Positions 18,424 through 28,139 of a stretch of DNA of 64,000 bases are shown here, one piece after another (position 1 is the stretch's first letter; each line of letters begins with the position of its first letter). The notes below the pieces were generated by a model. It did not search any database, had not been told where the DNA came from, and saw nothing but the letters and a program-made list of their open reading frames with translations. The stretch covers positions 1-64,000 of the forward strand of contig JAZKFH010000049.1 of NCBI GenBank assembly GCA_040386535.1, in the 5' to 3' direction. A program made the position numbers and the translations under genes. The stretch comes from Myxococcota bacterium (lineage in GTDB: Bacteria > Myxococcota_A > UBA796 > SXON01).

Positions 18424-19854
18424 TCACGCGGTCCCAAGCGCCCGCGCTGCCACCTCCGATACCTCCCGCAGCCCCGCGAGCACCCGCTCGGGGTCGAGCG
18501 TCGCCAGCTCCGGCCCACGAACCATCACGATCGCGCCCGACCGGCCCCTCCTGTGGGACACATCGGTGCTCCCGTAGCGCGCGAGCGCCGTCTCCAGGGG
18601 CGCGCGGAATCGATCGCGTGCGGCGCGTACGATCTGCCGTGCCTGCTCAACTGGCACCTCCCATGCCCCGGCGTGGACGTCCACGCCGTACTGGATCCTC
18701 CACTTCACGAAGAGCCGCCCGCGTGCCGGCATCGCGTAGTCCTTCTCGTGAAGCCATAGGTCGACTGACGTTCCGTAATGATCGTCGTTGAGGGAGACCT
18801 TCCGGGCGTATGCGGGGAGCGCAGTGGAGAGCCGGCGCTCCACCTCGCGGCCGATCCGTCTGTGGACCCAGCGCCGATTCCGCTCCAGTTCTACCCAGGT
18901 CTTAATCGGACCGATGAGCTTCCCGGTGCGCCACTCCTCCCCAATCTTGCGCCGGATGATGAGGACGTCCCGGTGGAACAGGAAGGTCGCCGAGCGGCGG
19001 TAGTCGTTCACGGCTTGCCGCAGACGCCTGGGCGTGCGCGGGCTCACGCACGAAACGAGCGCCCGAATGAGCTGCGCGGTCCCGAGGTGCGCGAGGCCGT
19101 CCGCGTCCAGTTCCATGTCGAGATCCCCCACCACGAGGAGGATGCCGAGCACGCGCGCGTGCTGGGTTTCAGCACGGCGCTCGCGCAGGTAGGTCCGGAG
19201 TTGCTCGCCGTCGGGCGTCGCTTCTACCTTCAGCTCGACGACGACTTCGTAGGCCAGCCCGTCGGCGGTAATATGCACAATCTCGTCGCAGCGGCCCTCT
19301 CCGACCTTCGGCTGGTAGCTGCCCCGCACGGCAAGCGCCTTCGCCTCCGCGATGGCCCTCCAGTGGCTCGTGAACGGGACATCGACCGCGCCGGCGGCGG
19401 CCAACTCCGCGATCTGGCCGGCGATCGCGCGCACGAAGTCCGGCCCAACCTCGCTGTTGAGGACCGCGTCAAGCGCGCAGTTGTGCGCGAGCTCCTGTGC
19501 ATCGAGCCCCAGCATCACGGCCGCCGGCGGTTCACGTAGCAGCCGCCCGAAGTTGTTCACGTCGACACGGGCGCCCAGGTCCTGCCCGCCTGCGAGGGCG
19601 TAGAAGTCTGCTTCATCGTCGGCGTCCCACGGGTCGCACATCGTGATGAAGCCGCCGGGCTTGTAGCGGCGCCAGCACCGATGCTCGCCGATGTAGACCG
19701 GGTTGTCGCCGGAGTCGGTGGTACTGTCCCACGCCGGGGCGGACCCGTCGGCCAGCACAGCGCGGGCACCGCAGCGTTGGCACACGGCGTTCGGGTAGGC
19801 AAGGTCGCGGGAGGCGATTGCCTCCGAGCAGATCGCGCAAGCAGACGAGAGCAT
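18424..19854 (-). CDS. Zn-ribbon + PD-(D/E)XK nuclease fusion protein
   Basis: N-terminal CAIC..CQRC; central RCDE...VVELKV....GEQLRTY. Confidence 0.65.
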   Translation of the reverse strand: MLSSACAICSEAIASRDLAYPNAVCQRCGARAVLADGSAPAWDSTTDSGDNPVYIGEHRCWRRYKPGGFITMCDPWDADDEADFYALAGGQDLGARVDVNNFGRLLREPPAAVMLGLDAQELAHNCALDAVLNSEVGPDFVRAIAGQIAELAAAGAVDVPFTSHWRAIAEAKALAVRGSYQPKVGEGRCDEIVHITADGLAYEVVVELKVEATPDGEQLRTYLRERRAETQHARVLGILLVVGDLDMELDADGLAHLGTAQLIRALVSCVSPRTPRRLRQAVNDYRRSATFLFHRDVLIIRRKIGEEWRTGKLIGPIKTWVELERNRRWVHRRIGREVERRLSTALPAYARKVSLNDDHYGTSVDLWLHEKDYAMPARGRLFVKWRIQYGVDVHAGAWEVPVEQARQIVRAARDRFRAPLETALARYGSTDVSHRRGRSGAIVMVRGPELATLDPERVLAGLREVSEVAARALGTA

Positions 19855-20114
19855 GGGTGCCTCCGGTCGCGGATGGTACACCGGCACTTCCCAGCGTGCC
19901 CGGGCCTCTCGCACCGCCGGGGAGTTGCTGGCCATCACGGCGGAGCTGCGCTATCCTGCTCGTGGGCGTGGCCAGCGCCTAACTCCTATGGACCCCCGCC
20001 CGGGTCCCTCGACGGAGCAAACCGGGCAGGGACCGGTGGCCGGCAACAAGGTCTGAACCAACACAACTTGCGACGGGGCGGCGGTCACAAGCTTGTGCGG
20101 AGTTCGAGACCATC

Positions 20115-20933
20115 ATGAGCAACAACATCCAGCGGGCCATCCGCGCGCGGAAAGCCGCGAACAACGAGACCTACTCCACGGCGCGGATGCACGTGGTCGG
20201 CGAGAGTCGGGGCGGAGGCGAGCCTCCCCAGAGCGGCGTGGTGGCGGTCATCGAGAGGTTGATCCCCGTCGTGGAGGACGCGAAGCGGGAGGGGCGTCGG
20301 CTGGCACGGAGGTTTGGGGTTGAACACGTTCTGATCCCGGACTCGCCGAACGGGCAGGCGTACCTTCAGGCGGGGAGGCCGAGGGCGGCCCGCCTGGAGC
20401 AGGAGCTTCTCGCGCTCGACGACGAGACGAGGCTCAAGGTGCTCGCTGTGATGTACGCGGGACGGGACGACAACGGCGACATCAAGGCGTCCTACTACGA
20501 GCTCCTACCCTCGTTCGTCCAGGCCGAACACGTCGTGTCGCAGATTACGCAGAAGCGGGACCTCCTCGAGCACCTCCGCGATGGGCTGCGAATCGCGCGC
20601 GAGCACCATGTCGACCTCGACGAGCACTGGCCGTTCGTCCCGTCGACCGCCTTGGCGGACCCCTCGGGCGCTGATCCGCAGTGGCTCCGGGCGTACGGTG
20701 GCGGGCGCCCGATCGCCGCCGCGCTCCGCACCCAGCTCGACACGGTTGCCCGGGCCGCGCGCAGTGCCAACCGCGAGACGCTGGGCGTGCTGGTCCGGGA
20801 CGTGCGCGCGCGGTTTGCCGAGGAGGGCGTGCGCCTCGCGCGCGTCGTCGCGGACGCCGAGGGCCACAAGGCGAACGACCGCGGCTACGTGCTCGCGGTC
20901 GTCGGCGCCGTGTTCGGCGCGGTGGCAGGGTAG
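20115..20933 (+). CDS. DUF3775-like domain-containing protein
   Basis: LDDETRLKVLAVMYAGRD...QITQKRDLLEHLRDGL. Confidence 0.6.
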   Translation: MSNNIQRAIRARKAANNETYSTARMHVVGESRGGGEPPQSGVVAVIERLIPVVEDAKREGRRLARRFGVEHVLIPDSPNGQAYLQAGRPRAARLEQELLALDDETRLKVLAVMYAGRDDNGDIKASYYELLPSFVQAEHVVSQITQKRDLLEHLRDGLRIAREHHVDLDEHWPFVPSTALADPSGADPQWLRAYGGGRPIAAALRTQLDTVARAARSANRETLGVLVRDVRARFAEEGVRLARVVADAEGHKANDRGYVLAVVGAVFGAVAG

Positions 20934-21287
20934 CCCCGAAAGCCGGGCGCCCCACTGCCGCCCGGCGAGTCGCCCGGCTCGTGCGGCGGCGGGTACGCGT
21001 AGTGCTCGCGCACCCGGCGTATCGATCGCGGCGGGGGCGGCCTCCGCCTCCGCCGCCGACCACATCGCAACCGGTTCTCGCGGACTTTGACGTTCGTCGT
21101 TGTCGGGTGGATGGCGTGGCTCCGCCGGGCGGTCACCCGTGGAGACAATCGGACGGAGTCGGGTCGGCCGACGCGTCCGTGCCGCGCAGCGCATCAATCG
21201 ACGCCAGTAGACCCGTCGGCGCGCGTCGACGACGGCGGGGAAGCGCCTGCGGTGGACCCCTCGTAGAGCGGGCGCTACGTCACGACG

Positions 21288-21995
21288 ATGCCGCTCGACC
21301 CCGCGTCCGCCTTTGCCCTGAAGCTGATGGGCTCCGCCCTCGCCAAGACCGTGCTGACCTCGATCGGCAAAGCGCTCGCGGAGTTCCAGGAGCGGAAGGG
21401 CGAGCGCGCCGTCGCCTCTCTCGTGGCGGCCCTCGGAGGACTCAAGGGACTCCCGCCCGACGAGGCCGCCCGGGAACTCGACGAGCTCCTCACAACCTCA
21501 GAGCCGGGCGTCCGGGACCCTCACGAGGCGCTCTACGAGACCTTTCGTTCGTTCGCGTTCACGCGGTCGGAGGCCGCGTGGCCGTTCATCGCCAGGATGA
21601 CTGCCGAGTACGTCGAGCGCGGGTGTAAGGTGGACTCGCACTTCCGGCGGACGGCGTGGTTGCTTGAGCGGTGCGACGCCGAGGACGTGGACCTGCTCGT
21701 GGCGGCGTTGACCGAGTGCCGAGGGCGGATCGACGAAGCGCCCGAAGGCTTCCACCTCCTCGCGGCCGGCGACCGCCTCAAAGTGAAACCTGAGCACCAA
21801 CGGGTGACGTTCGACGACGGCGGGATGTACCTCGAAGCGGGACACCAGAGAGTGGCGACGCCGAGCGTCGCACGGGGACTGCTCGTTCTCCTCCGAGATA
21901 GTCGGCTGGCCCTCCCCGGCGGCCACTCGGACAGTTGTTTCCTTCCGCCCGCGGAGGCGCGCCGTTTGATCCACTTGTTCATTCTCCCCGTCTGA
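21288..21995 (+). CDS. Hypothetical protein
   Basis: Protein-like composition, helical N-terminus. Confidence 0.65.
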   Translation: MPLDPASAFALKLMGSALAKTVLTSIGKALAEFQERKGERAVASLVAALGGLKGLPPDEAARELDELLTTSEPGVRDPHEALYETFRSFAFTRSEAAWPFIARMTAEYVERGCKVDSHFRRTAWLLERCDAEDVDLLVAALTECRGRIDEAPEGFHLLAAGDRLKVKPEHQRVTFDDGGMYLEAGHQRVATPSVARGLLVLLRDSRLALPGGHSDSCFLPPAEARRLIHLFILPV

Positions 21996-22123
21996 GGCGG
22001 TCGGCCCTCCCCGCCGGGAGGCCGCCGCAGTGCCCCGGTGGCCATGGGGGTCGGAAGGTCGTTGGCCGAGCACGGGGGAGCGTGAATGCGCCGAGCACGA
22101 CGGGAGGAGGGAACGACGGCCTG

Positions 22124-22170
22124 GGACGGCCGCGTACGCGGCCGTCCAGTCCCCCCTAACTACCACTCGC
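22124..22170. repeat. Palindromic junction element, copy 2
   Basis: 24-bp perfect palindrome GGACGGCCGCGTACGCGGCCGTCC at 22124-22147, then GTCCCCCC..CTACCACTCG. Confidence 0.85.
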
Positions 22171-22505
22171 GCCCGTCCTCCTCTCCTCGTCCCCCCAGCC
22201 GCGGGCACCCGCGGCTCCGCCCTCGCGCCGCTCATCAAGGCCGGCCGGGCGGCCCCCGCAGGCGTGAGAGGGTGGGCTACCCTGAGCGCCCCGCAGCGCT
22301 GTCTACGTCGAACCACGCGCACGCGCGTGGCCTGTCCCGCCGCACTCGAAGCAATAGCAGCCGGGGCAGCCCATGCTGGCGCACTCCGGGCAGAACCATG
22401 GCTCCAACCCCGATCCCTTGCAGCGTTCGCACGTGGGGCGTGGCGTCTCCTGAACCCGTTCCGCCTCCTCGACGGTGAGTAGGGCGCGCGGCGGCCTCAC
22501 GCGGC

Positions 22506-23438
22506 TCACGGCGCCCTCCCGCCGAAAGCGCCCGGGAACACGTGGGCGAGCGCGCGGTCGAGGAAGGCTTCAGCGGCCCCTGTACCGTCGTCAAGCTCGA
22601 TGGCCGCCACGATCGCCTCCAGACCCGTAGCCGCCATGCTGGCCTCGACCCACCCGCCGTTCCCGACCACGGAGCCGCCGACCGCCAGCAGCTCGTGTAG
22701 GTTGAGCGCGAAGAATACAGCCGCCTGCGTCGTCTCGCAGCACAGCGCCTTGTACGCGTCGGTCAACGTGCCGATTGGGGCGTCAGGAGCCGTCCGATAG
22801 AGCCTTTGGGCGGCCCACACGTTGTGACGACGATCGCCGAGCCACGCGAGTTGCTCGTTATGGATCGTCGCGAAACTCGAATGCGTGAGCGCGCGGAGGA
22901 GGAGCGGTCGATTGCGAAACCCGTAGTCGATGATCCGCTCGGCGGCGTCGCAGCGGGCCGCATCGGGGAGCTGCGGCACCACGGCACGACGCGAGGCGGG
23001 GAGCGATCCTCGCCCGGCGCGTGCCCGGTCCCCCAGCTCCAAGACCGCGTCGTCGAAGATCGCCTTGACCTCCGCGTAGGCCGCCTCGTCCTCGGGGGAT
23101 CTGGGCGTGCCGCCATCAGTGGCAAGCACGGTCCCCAGCACGGGCTCGTCGCGCCGCGCGACCCATTCCGCGTACTTCGCGGCCGGCCAGAGCCCCGCGG
23201 CGCGGCGAGCGAGCTTGTCGGCCTTGGCAAGCCGGAAGAAGCCGCTGGCCCGCTCCTCGATGGGCTCCCTGGTGAGCTTCTCCAGGATTGCGAGGACGGC
23301 TGCGTCGCCGTACCACGCGCGGATCTCGGCGATGCGATCAACCTGGGACTCACGGAGCCAGTCGGCAATCGCTTCCGTAGAGGGGGGCAGCCCGTTGTTC
23401 GGGAGGATCATGCCGGGCAGCTTGGGCTCGCGGGCCAC
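22506..23438 (-). CDS. Protein with C-terminal divergent RNase III domain, no dsRBD
   Basis: YGFRNRPLLLRALTHSS..NEQLAWLGD...GLEAIVAAIELD. Confidence 0.8.
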   Translation of the reverse strand: MAREPKLPGMILPNNGLPPSTEAIADWLRESQVDRIAEIRAWYGDAAVLAILEKLTREPIEERASGFFRLAKADKLARRAAGLWPAAKYAEWVARRDEPVLGTVLATDGGTPRSPEDEAAYAEVKAIFDDAVLELGDRARAGRGSLPASRRAVVPQLPDAARCDAAERIIDYGFRNRPLLLRALTHSSFATIHNEQLAWLGDRRHNVWAAQRLYRTAPDAPIGTLTDAYKALCCETTQAAVFFALNLHELLAVGGSVVGNGGWVEASMAATGLEAIVAAIELDDGTGAAEAFLDRALAHVFPGAFGGRAP

Positions 23439-23766
23439 CCAGGATCCAGGCCCGAAGCCGCCGTTGTCAGATCCGGGCCGCCGCGCCCGCCGAGCGGGTC
23501 AAGGAGGGGGACAAGATACTGGGCAAGCTGCATCCGCTCTACCTCCCCCGGTGGCGTACGGCGCGCAAGGCCACGGTCGGAGCCCGCCGACGACTACGAC
23601 TGGCGTGTCACGTTCGAGCTCGCGTCACAGGCAGGGCGCTCTCGCCCGCTTCACCCAGGGAGGAACGCAGCCCCTGGCGGGCTCGCAGGCGCCGGCGGTG
23701 ACGTTCCACGGGTACGAGATCACGTGGACGGTCACGGACGAGCCCGAGCCGTAGTACGCCCAGGCC

Positions 23767-24486
23767 ATGCGACCTATCGTCTTCGACCTTGACCAGACCC
23801 TGATCCGCGCCGAGGCGCTCGACTGGAGCCTCTGGCTGGCAGCGATCACCGAGGCACTCGGCGTGCCGATCCCTGCCGATGAAGACTGGTCGGCGCACCC
23901 CGTGCACACCGACCACGGCCTGCTCCAGAGCCTGTCCCACTCGCTTCGTGGCCGCCCGTTCACTGGCGATGAACGTGCCCACTTCGAGGACCGTCTCTTC
24001 GCGCGGCTCGACGACGCGCTGGCGGGGGCGCCGGAAGTCTTCGTCGCGATCCCGGGTGCGGCGGACGTGCTCGACGCTCTCGCCGGCCGCGCCGCCTTGG
24101 CCACGGGAAACCTCCATGCGATCACGACGCGGAAGCTGCGCTCCTCCGGCTTGGATCGCCACGCGATGCCCTGCTCCTGCTCGGCTGCCGGGATCGATCG
24201 CACCGAGCTCGTTGGCCGGGCGCTGGCGCGGGTAGGATGGACGGGCGGCCCTGCCACGTCCTTTGGGGACGGCGTGTGGGACGTGCGTGCCGCCCGCGCA
24301 CTCGGCGTGGGGTTCGTCGGCGTGGCGCAGACCGATGCGCACGAGGCCCGCCTGCACGCTGCCGGCGCGCGCCGGGTGCTGCGCGACTACACCGATCTGG
24401 CGCGGGTCCTGGACTGGATCGAGGAGGCCGAGGTGCCTGGACCGGAGGCCAGCGCAGGGCCCTGGGTGGCCCCTCGGGACGCGTAG
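23767..24486 (+). CDS. HAD-superfamily hydrolase
   Basis: FDLDQTL, LATGN, FGDGVWDVRAA. Confidence 0.9.
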   Translation: MRPIVFDLDQTLIRAEALDWSLWLAAITEALGVPIPADEDWSAHPVHTDHGLLQSLSHSLRGRPFTGDERAHFEDRLFARLDDALAGAPEVFVAIPGAADVLDALAGRAALATGNLHAITTRKLRSSGLDRHAMPCSCSAAGIDRTELVGRALARVGWTGGPATSFGDGVWDVRAARALGVGFVGVAQTDAHEARLHAAGARRVLRDYTDLARVLDWIEEAEVPGPEASAGPWVAPRDA

Positions 24487-24631
24487 CCGTCGACCCATCC
24501 GCGCCCAGGCCACCGCGGGGGGCGAGGGAAGAACGAAGGGGGCGCTCGCGCTGCCAACCGCCGCTCCAACCCACTGGGGCGACTCGCCCGCCCATCGCCG
24601 GCCCTCGGCGCGCGCGGATAGCCGTCCTCCC

Positions 24632-25138
24632 ATGCGCTTCACGCCCCTCACCGCGCCCGATCTCCCCCTCGTGACCACGTGGCGGGCGGCGCCCCATGTC
24701 TCCCGGTGGTTGGGCCCCGCGCCGACCGAGGAGCAGGTCGCGGCGAAGTACCTTCCGCGGATCCGCGGGGAGGTGCCGACGCGGTGCTTCCTCGCGTGGC
24801 ACGAGGGGGCCCCGTTCGCGTTCGTGCAGGGCTACCGCGCCGCCGACCACCCCGTGTGGGCCGCAGTGTGCGGCCTCGGGGCCGACGTCGCGGGTCTCGA
24901 CCTGTTCATCGGCGAGCCCGGTCACCTCGGCCGGGGCATCGGCGCCGCGACCATTGACGGCTTCGTCACCACCGTGCTCCTCACGTGGCCGGGCATCGAC
25001 GCCTCTGCGGCGAACCCGCTGTCGTCCAACGTCGCGTCCGTCCGAGCGTTTGCGCGCGCCGGCTTCACGCCCATGCGCGAAATCCACGATCCCGCCGACC
25101 TCAGGCCGAGCGTGCTGCTGCTGCGGCAGGGCAGGTGA
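24632..25138 (+). CDS. GNAT N-acetyltransferase (AAC(6')-Ib/AlcB-like subfamily)
   Basis: DLPLVTTW..PHVSRW, GLDLFIGEPGHLGRGIG, P..SNVASVRAFARAGF. Confidence 0.85.
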   Translation: MRFTPLTAPDLPLVTTWRAAPHVSRWLGPAPTEEQVAAKYLPRIRGEVPTRCFLAWHEGAPFAFVQGYRAADHPVWAAVCGLGADVAGLDLFIGEPGHLGRGIGAATIDGFVTTVLLTWPGIDASAANPLSSNVASVRAFARAGFTPMREIHDPADLRPSVLLLRQGR

Positions 25139-25247
25139 CGCGGCGGCCGACACGCGCACCCCACCGCGGCCCTCGCGCCGGCCAGGGGGCGGCCGGATCG
25201 GTCACCGGCCACCCATCCAACGCGGCACTCCCTCGGACGGCCGTTCG

Positions 25248-25364
25248 CATCTGACTCGGGGTAGCGCATTCGACTCGGAGCCACACATTCGACTCGGGGC
25301 GAGGAGACCTGGCCCTCCCCATGCTCGAGCCTCACCTGCATGGGTCCGCGTCGTTTGACTCGGG
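25248..25364 (+). promoter_or_regulatory. Direct repeats CAT(T/C)(C/T)GACTCGG at 19-bp spacing upstream of the PIN gene
   Basis: Copies at 25248, 25267 and 25286; partial TTGACTCGGG at about 25355. Confidence 0.55.
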
Positions 25365-25431
25365 CGCCTCTCACCGACGCGCATCCGCGGCGGGGGCGCT
25401 TCCGTCTGCGAGCGGGTGGATAGGAGCGCCG

Positions 25432-26361
25432 ATGCGCACGCTCATCTTGGATACCAACGCCCTGCGGCATCGGAACCTATTGCACGGAAACGTTCTCGCC
25501 GGACACCGCGTCAACGTGCCGGTGGTCGTTGTGCAGGAGCTGCTCTACCAGCTCTCGAAGCCCCAACATCAGGAAGAAGCCCGCGAGGCGCTACGCCACC
25601 TACACCACGCCCAGCATGAGCTACGGCCGGACCATGATGAACTGATCGCTCGCTCCTTCGGGCTGCCTACTCAGTTCTGGAAGGGTCGAGAGCGCCGGTG
25701 GCGGTCCCTCATCGGCATGGCGGCGTCAGGAGCCTCCTGGCCAGCGATCAAAGCGGCCTGGAGCGTCGTGGCCTCGACGGAGAGGCACACCGCGTCCGCG
25801 GATGCCTTCGAGCTGTGGAAGACCGAAGGCTGCGCGGGGTTCGCGGCGGACATGAAAGGGCTGGTCGAAGCCGAGCGCCGCCACGGAGCGGAGGCGATGG
25901 AAAGCGTGGCGGCTGACCGCGGTATCGTGCTCTCGGATCAAGATAAGAAGCGGATCCGCAGGCATCTCGTGAAGAGCGTCACTACGCAGGAGCTCCGAAG
26001 GGCATGGCTGCTCAATCAGCTGGCCGGTCTCGCCGGCGTCGTGAAGATTGACGGGGAGGACGACGCGGCCTCAGACCCGGCCGAGACCCGATTCATGGCG
26101 ACGTACCACAAGGCGAAAGATAGATACAAAGGTGGATTTGAGTTCGCGCTCGCGCTCTATGAGCAGGCTCATCAGTCCTGGATGAACGGCGCTCGGCCGG
26201 ACGAGAACGACTTCTTCGACATCGCGATCCTGCTCGCCGTTGGCGACACCGAGCACGATGTCTTCGTCACGCAGGAGCGCGCGTGGCATCGAGCCGCCGA
26301 GGCAGGCGGCGCGCACCTCGTGCGGCGCGTGCTTCGGGTGGAGGACGTAGTGAGGACATGA
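25432..26361 (+). CDS. PIN-domain protein with large insertion
   Basis: LILDTN, VVVVQEL, NDFFDIAIL, FVTQE; AGGAG RBS. Confidence 0.78.
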   Translation: MRTLILDTNALRHRNLLHGNVLAGHRVNVPVVVVQELLYQLSKPQHQEEAREALRHLHHAQHELRPDHDELIARSFGLPTQFWKGRERRWRSLIGMAASGASWPAIKAAWSVVASTERHTASADAFELWKTEGCAGFAADMKGLVEAERRHGAEAMESVAADRGIVLSDQDKKRIRRHLVKSVTTQELRRAWLLNQLAGLAGVVKIDGEDDAASDPAETRFMATYHKAKDRYKGGFEFALALYEQAHQSWMNGARPDENDFFDIAILLAVGDTEHDVFVTQERAWHRAAEAGGAHLVRRVLRVEDVVRT

Positions 26362-26594
26362 CGGCGCCGTGCGGCCGCAAGGCAGCGCAGTAGCAGGGCA
26401 CTGTGTACGGTCGCGCCGACCAACTGGTCCGCGACGCGGATCTCCCGTTCAGAGCTCAACGGACACGAACTGCCGTTCCGGGCGCACGAGGACGGCATGG
26501 TGATCCCCGTTACCACGCTCGGGAGGTCGTGGGCGGAGGCCACGGGAGGGTGAGCGGCGGGCGCCAGCGAGAGCGAGAGAGCCAGGGGCACCCA

Positions 26595-26625
26595 GACGGC
26601 CGCGTACGCGGCCGCCGTGTCCCCC
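26595..26625. repeat. Palindromic junction element, copy 3
   Basis: CGGCCGCGTACGCGGCCG at 26597-26614 followed by GTCCCCC. Confidence 0.8.
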
Positions 26626-26718
26626 GCGTGCTGCGCCGACAGCGCGGTCACGGTTGGGGACGATCAGGCGGACGCGGGTCGGCGGCGAACCGAATGCCAG
26701 GAACCTGCGACGACACGG

Positions 26719-27033
26719 CTACTCGTCGATCTCAGGACCATCCAACGTCATGCCAGACATCAGGCGCTTGGACGCAGCTTCCAGGGCCTCGTAGTGACGT
26801 TGCACGGTCGCCACCATCTCGTCGGGGACGTTTCCTTGGTGCGCGTCGCACCAATCACGCACCTTCAACATCTCGCGATTCGCCGTTGCCGCAGCATCAA
26901 GCGCCAGCTCCATCGCGATTGACTCCTTCTTGCCCTCCCACCAGCCACCCCGCGCGCTCTCGATGTTGCTGATGATGTGCTGGGCTTTGTGGCGCAGCAC
27001 GGAGATGGTTTCGATGGCTTCCGCGCGGTTCAT
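26719..27033 (-). CDS. Small helical hypothetical protein
   Basis: Protein-like ORF MNRAEAIETISVL... Confidence 0.55.
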   Translation of the reverse strand: MNRAEAIETISVLRHKAQHIISNIESARGGWWEGKKESIAMELALDAAATANREMLKVRDWCDAHQGNVPDEMVATVQRHYEALEAASKRLMSGMTLDGPEIDE

Positions 27034-27156
27034 ATTGCTCCCATGGCCCTTGCCGGGGCATTCGTCGTCACCGCAGGCCCCTTCGTCAAGCGTCGTCAGC
27101 ATCAAGGGCGGAAACGCGTGACGCCACGGGTCGCACGTGGTACTGACCATCTGTTC

Positions 27157-27441
27157 ATGCCGCTCCCGCCCAACCTCAACCCGATCATCCTCAAGCTGCG
27201 CGAGCAGCTCGCCAACCCGGAAGGGGCGGCCCGGCTTACGCGGCGAGAGATCGTCTACTTGGCGGTCTGGGCCATTCAGCGCGAGGACCTCTCGCCGTGG
27301 ACAAAGCACGCGCGGGAGTGCGAGGAGTGGAGCACGAAGCCCCTGGCCCGACGATGTACCTGCGGGTTCGCCGACAACCAAGAGCGATCCCGTCGCCGCC
27401 GAGCCGAGTTGTTGAAGCTCGTCGGGGAGACCGAGGGTTGA
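27157..27441 (+). CDS. Small hypothetical protein (H...C...CxC possible metal site)
   Basis: KHAREC...RCTCG. Confidence 0.5.
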   Translation: MPLPPNLNPIILKLREQLANPEGAARLTRREIVYLAVWAIQREDLSPWTKHARECEEWSTKPLARRCTCGFADNQERSRRRRAELLKLVGETEG

Positions 27442-27481
27442 CGAGCTGTAGGTTCGTGTCTACCTGCGTCGCGAAGTCGAG

Positions 27482-28012
27482 GTGCTCGTGCCGTTCTCGC
27501 TCGCTGAAGCGCTCCCCATGCTCACTGGTTTGGGGTTCACGTACCAGCCGCCTCCGCCACCGCGCCCGGGGGAGTTTCATCCCTTCGAGCGCATGGGTGT
27601 CATCTCAATGGAGTCCGGCATCGAGCCGTGGCGCATCCACTGCGCGCTCGGAGGATCTCTCGGAAACTCTTATCCGTATTTGGACTTCGGCCTCGTAAAC
27701 GCGCGGATGCCCGGTGGTGGGATGATTGGTCCACAGCACCGGGTCTATTCGCTGGCTTCGCTCTTCACCGCCGTCCCCAGGATTCGGGAGTTGTTGGGCG
27801 CGTTCGCAGCTGACGAGAGCCAGCTCCACTGTCCGACCTGCAAGCTGCGCTGGCTGGAGGTGAAGGAGCCGCATGAGGGGCAGCGCTGGCGCGCCTTCCT
27901 CTCTTGTTCCGGGATGCAGGTTGTCCAACAGCGCATGGACGGCGTCCGCGTGAAGGGCATCGCGTGCAGGGGCGCGCGCAACGACATCGCCGCCATCGTC
28001 GTCTACCAGTGA
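27482..28012 (+). CDS. Hypothetical protein with topoisomerase-type C4 zinc ribbon
   Basis: CPTCK...FLSCSG...IACRG. Confidence 0.6.
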   Translation: MLVPFSLAEALPMLTGLGFTYQPPPPPRPGEFHPFERMGVISMESGIEPWRIHCALGGSLGNSYPYLDFGLVNARMPGGGMIGPQHRVYSLASLFTAVPRIRELLGAFAADESQLHCPTCKLRWLEVKEPHEGQRWRAFLSCSGMQVVQQRMDGVRVKGIACRGARNDIAAIVVYQ

Positions 28013-28139
28013 TCGGCGCCCCAGCTTAGAACCGTACTTTTGGTAAGAGCGAGGCCGCCTCTACGTGCCTCCACTCCACGTGGAGGACGGCCGGGTTTGG
28101 CAGGTGACTGCTGGCCAGACCGACCCTCACGAACGCAGT

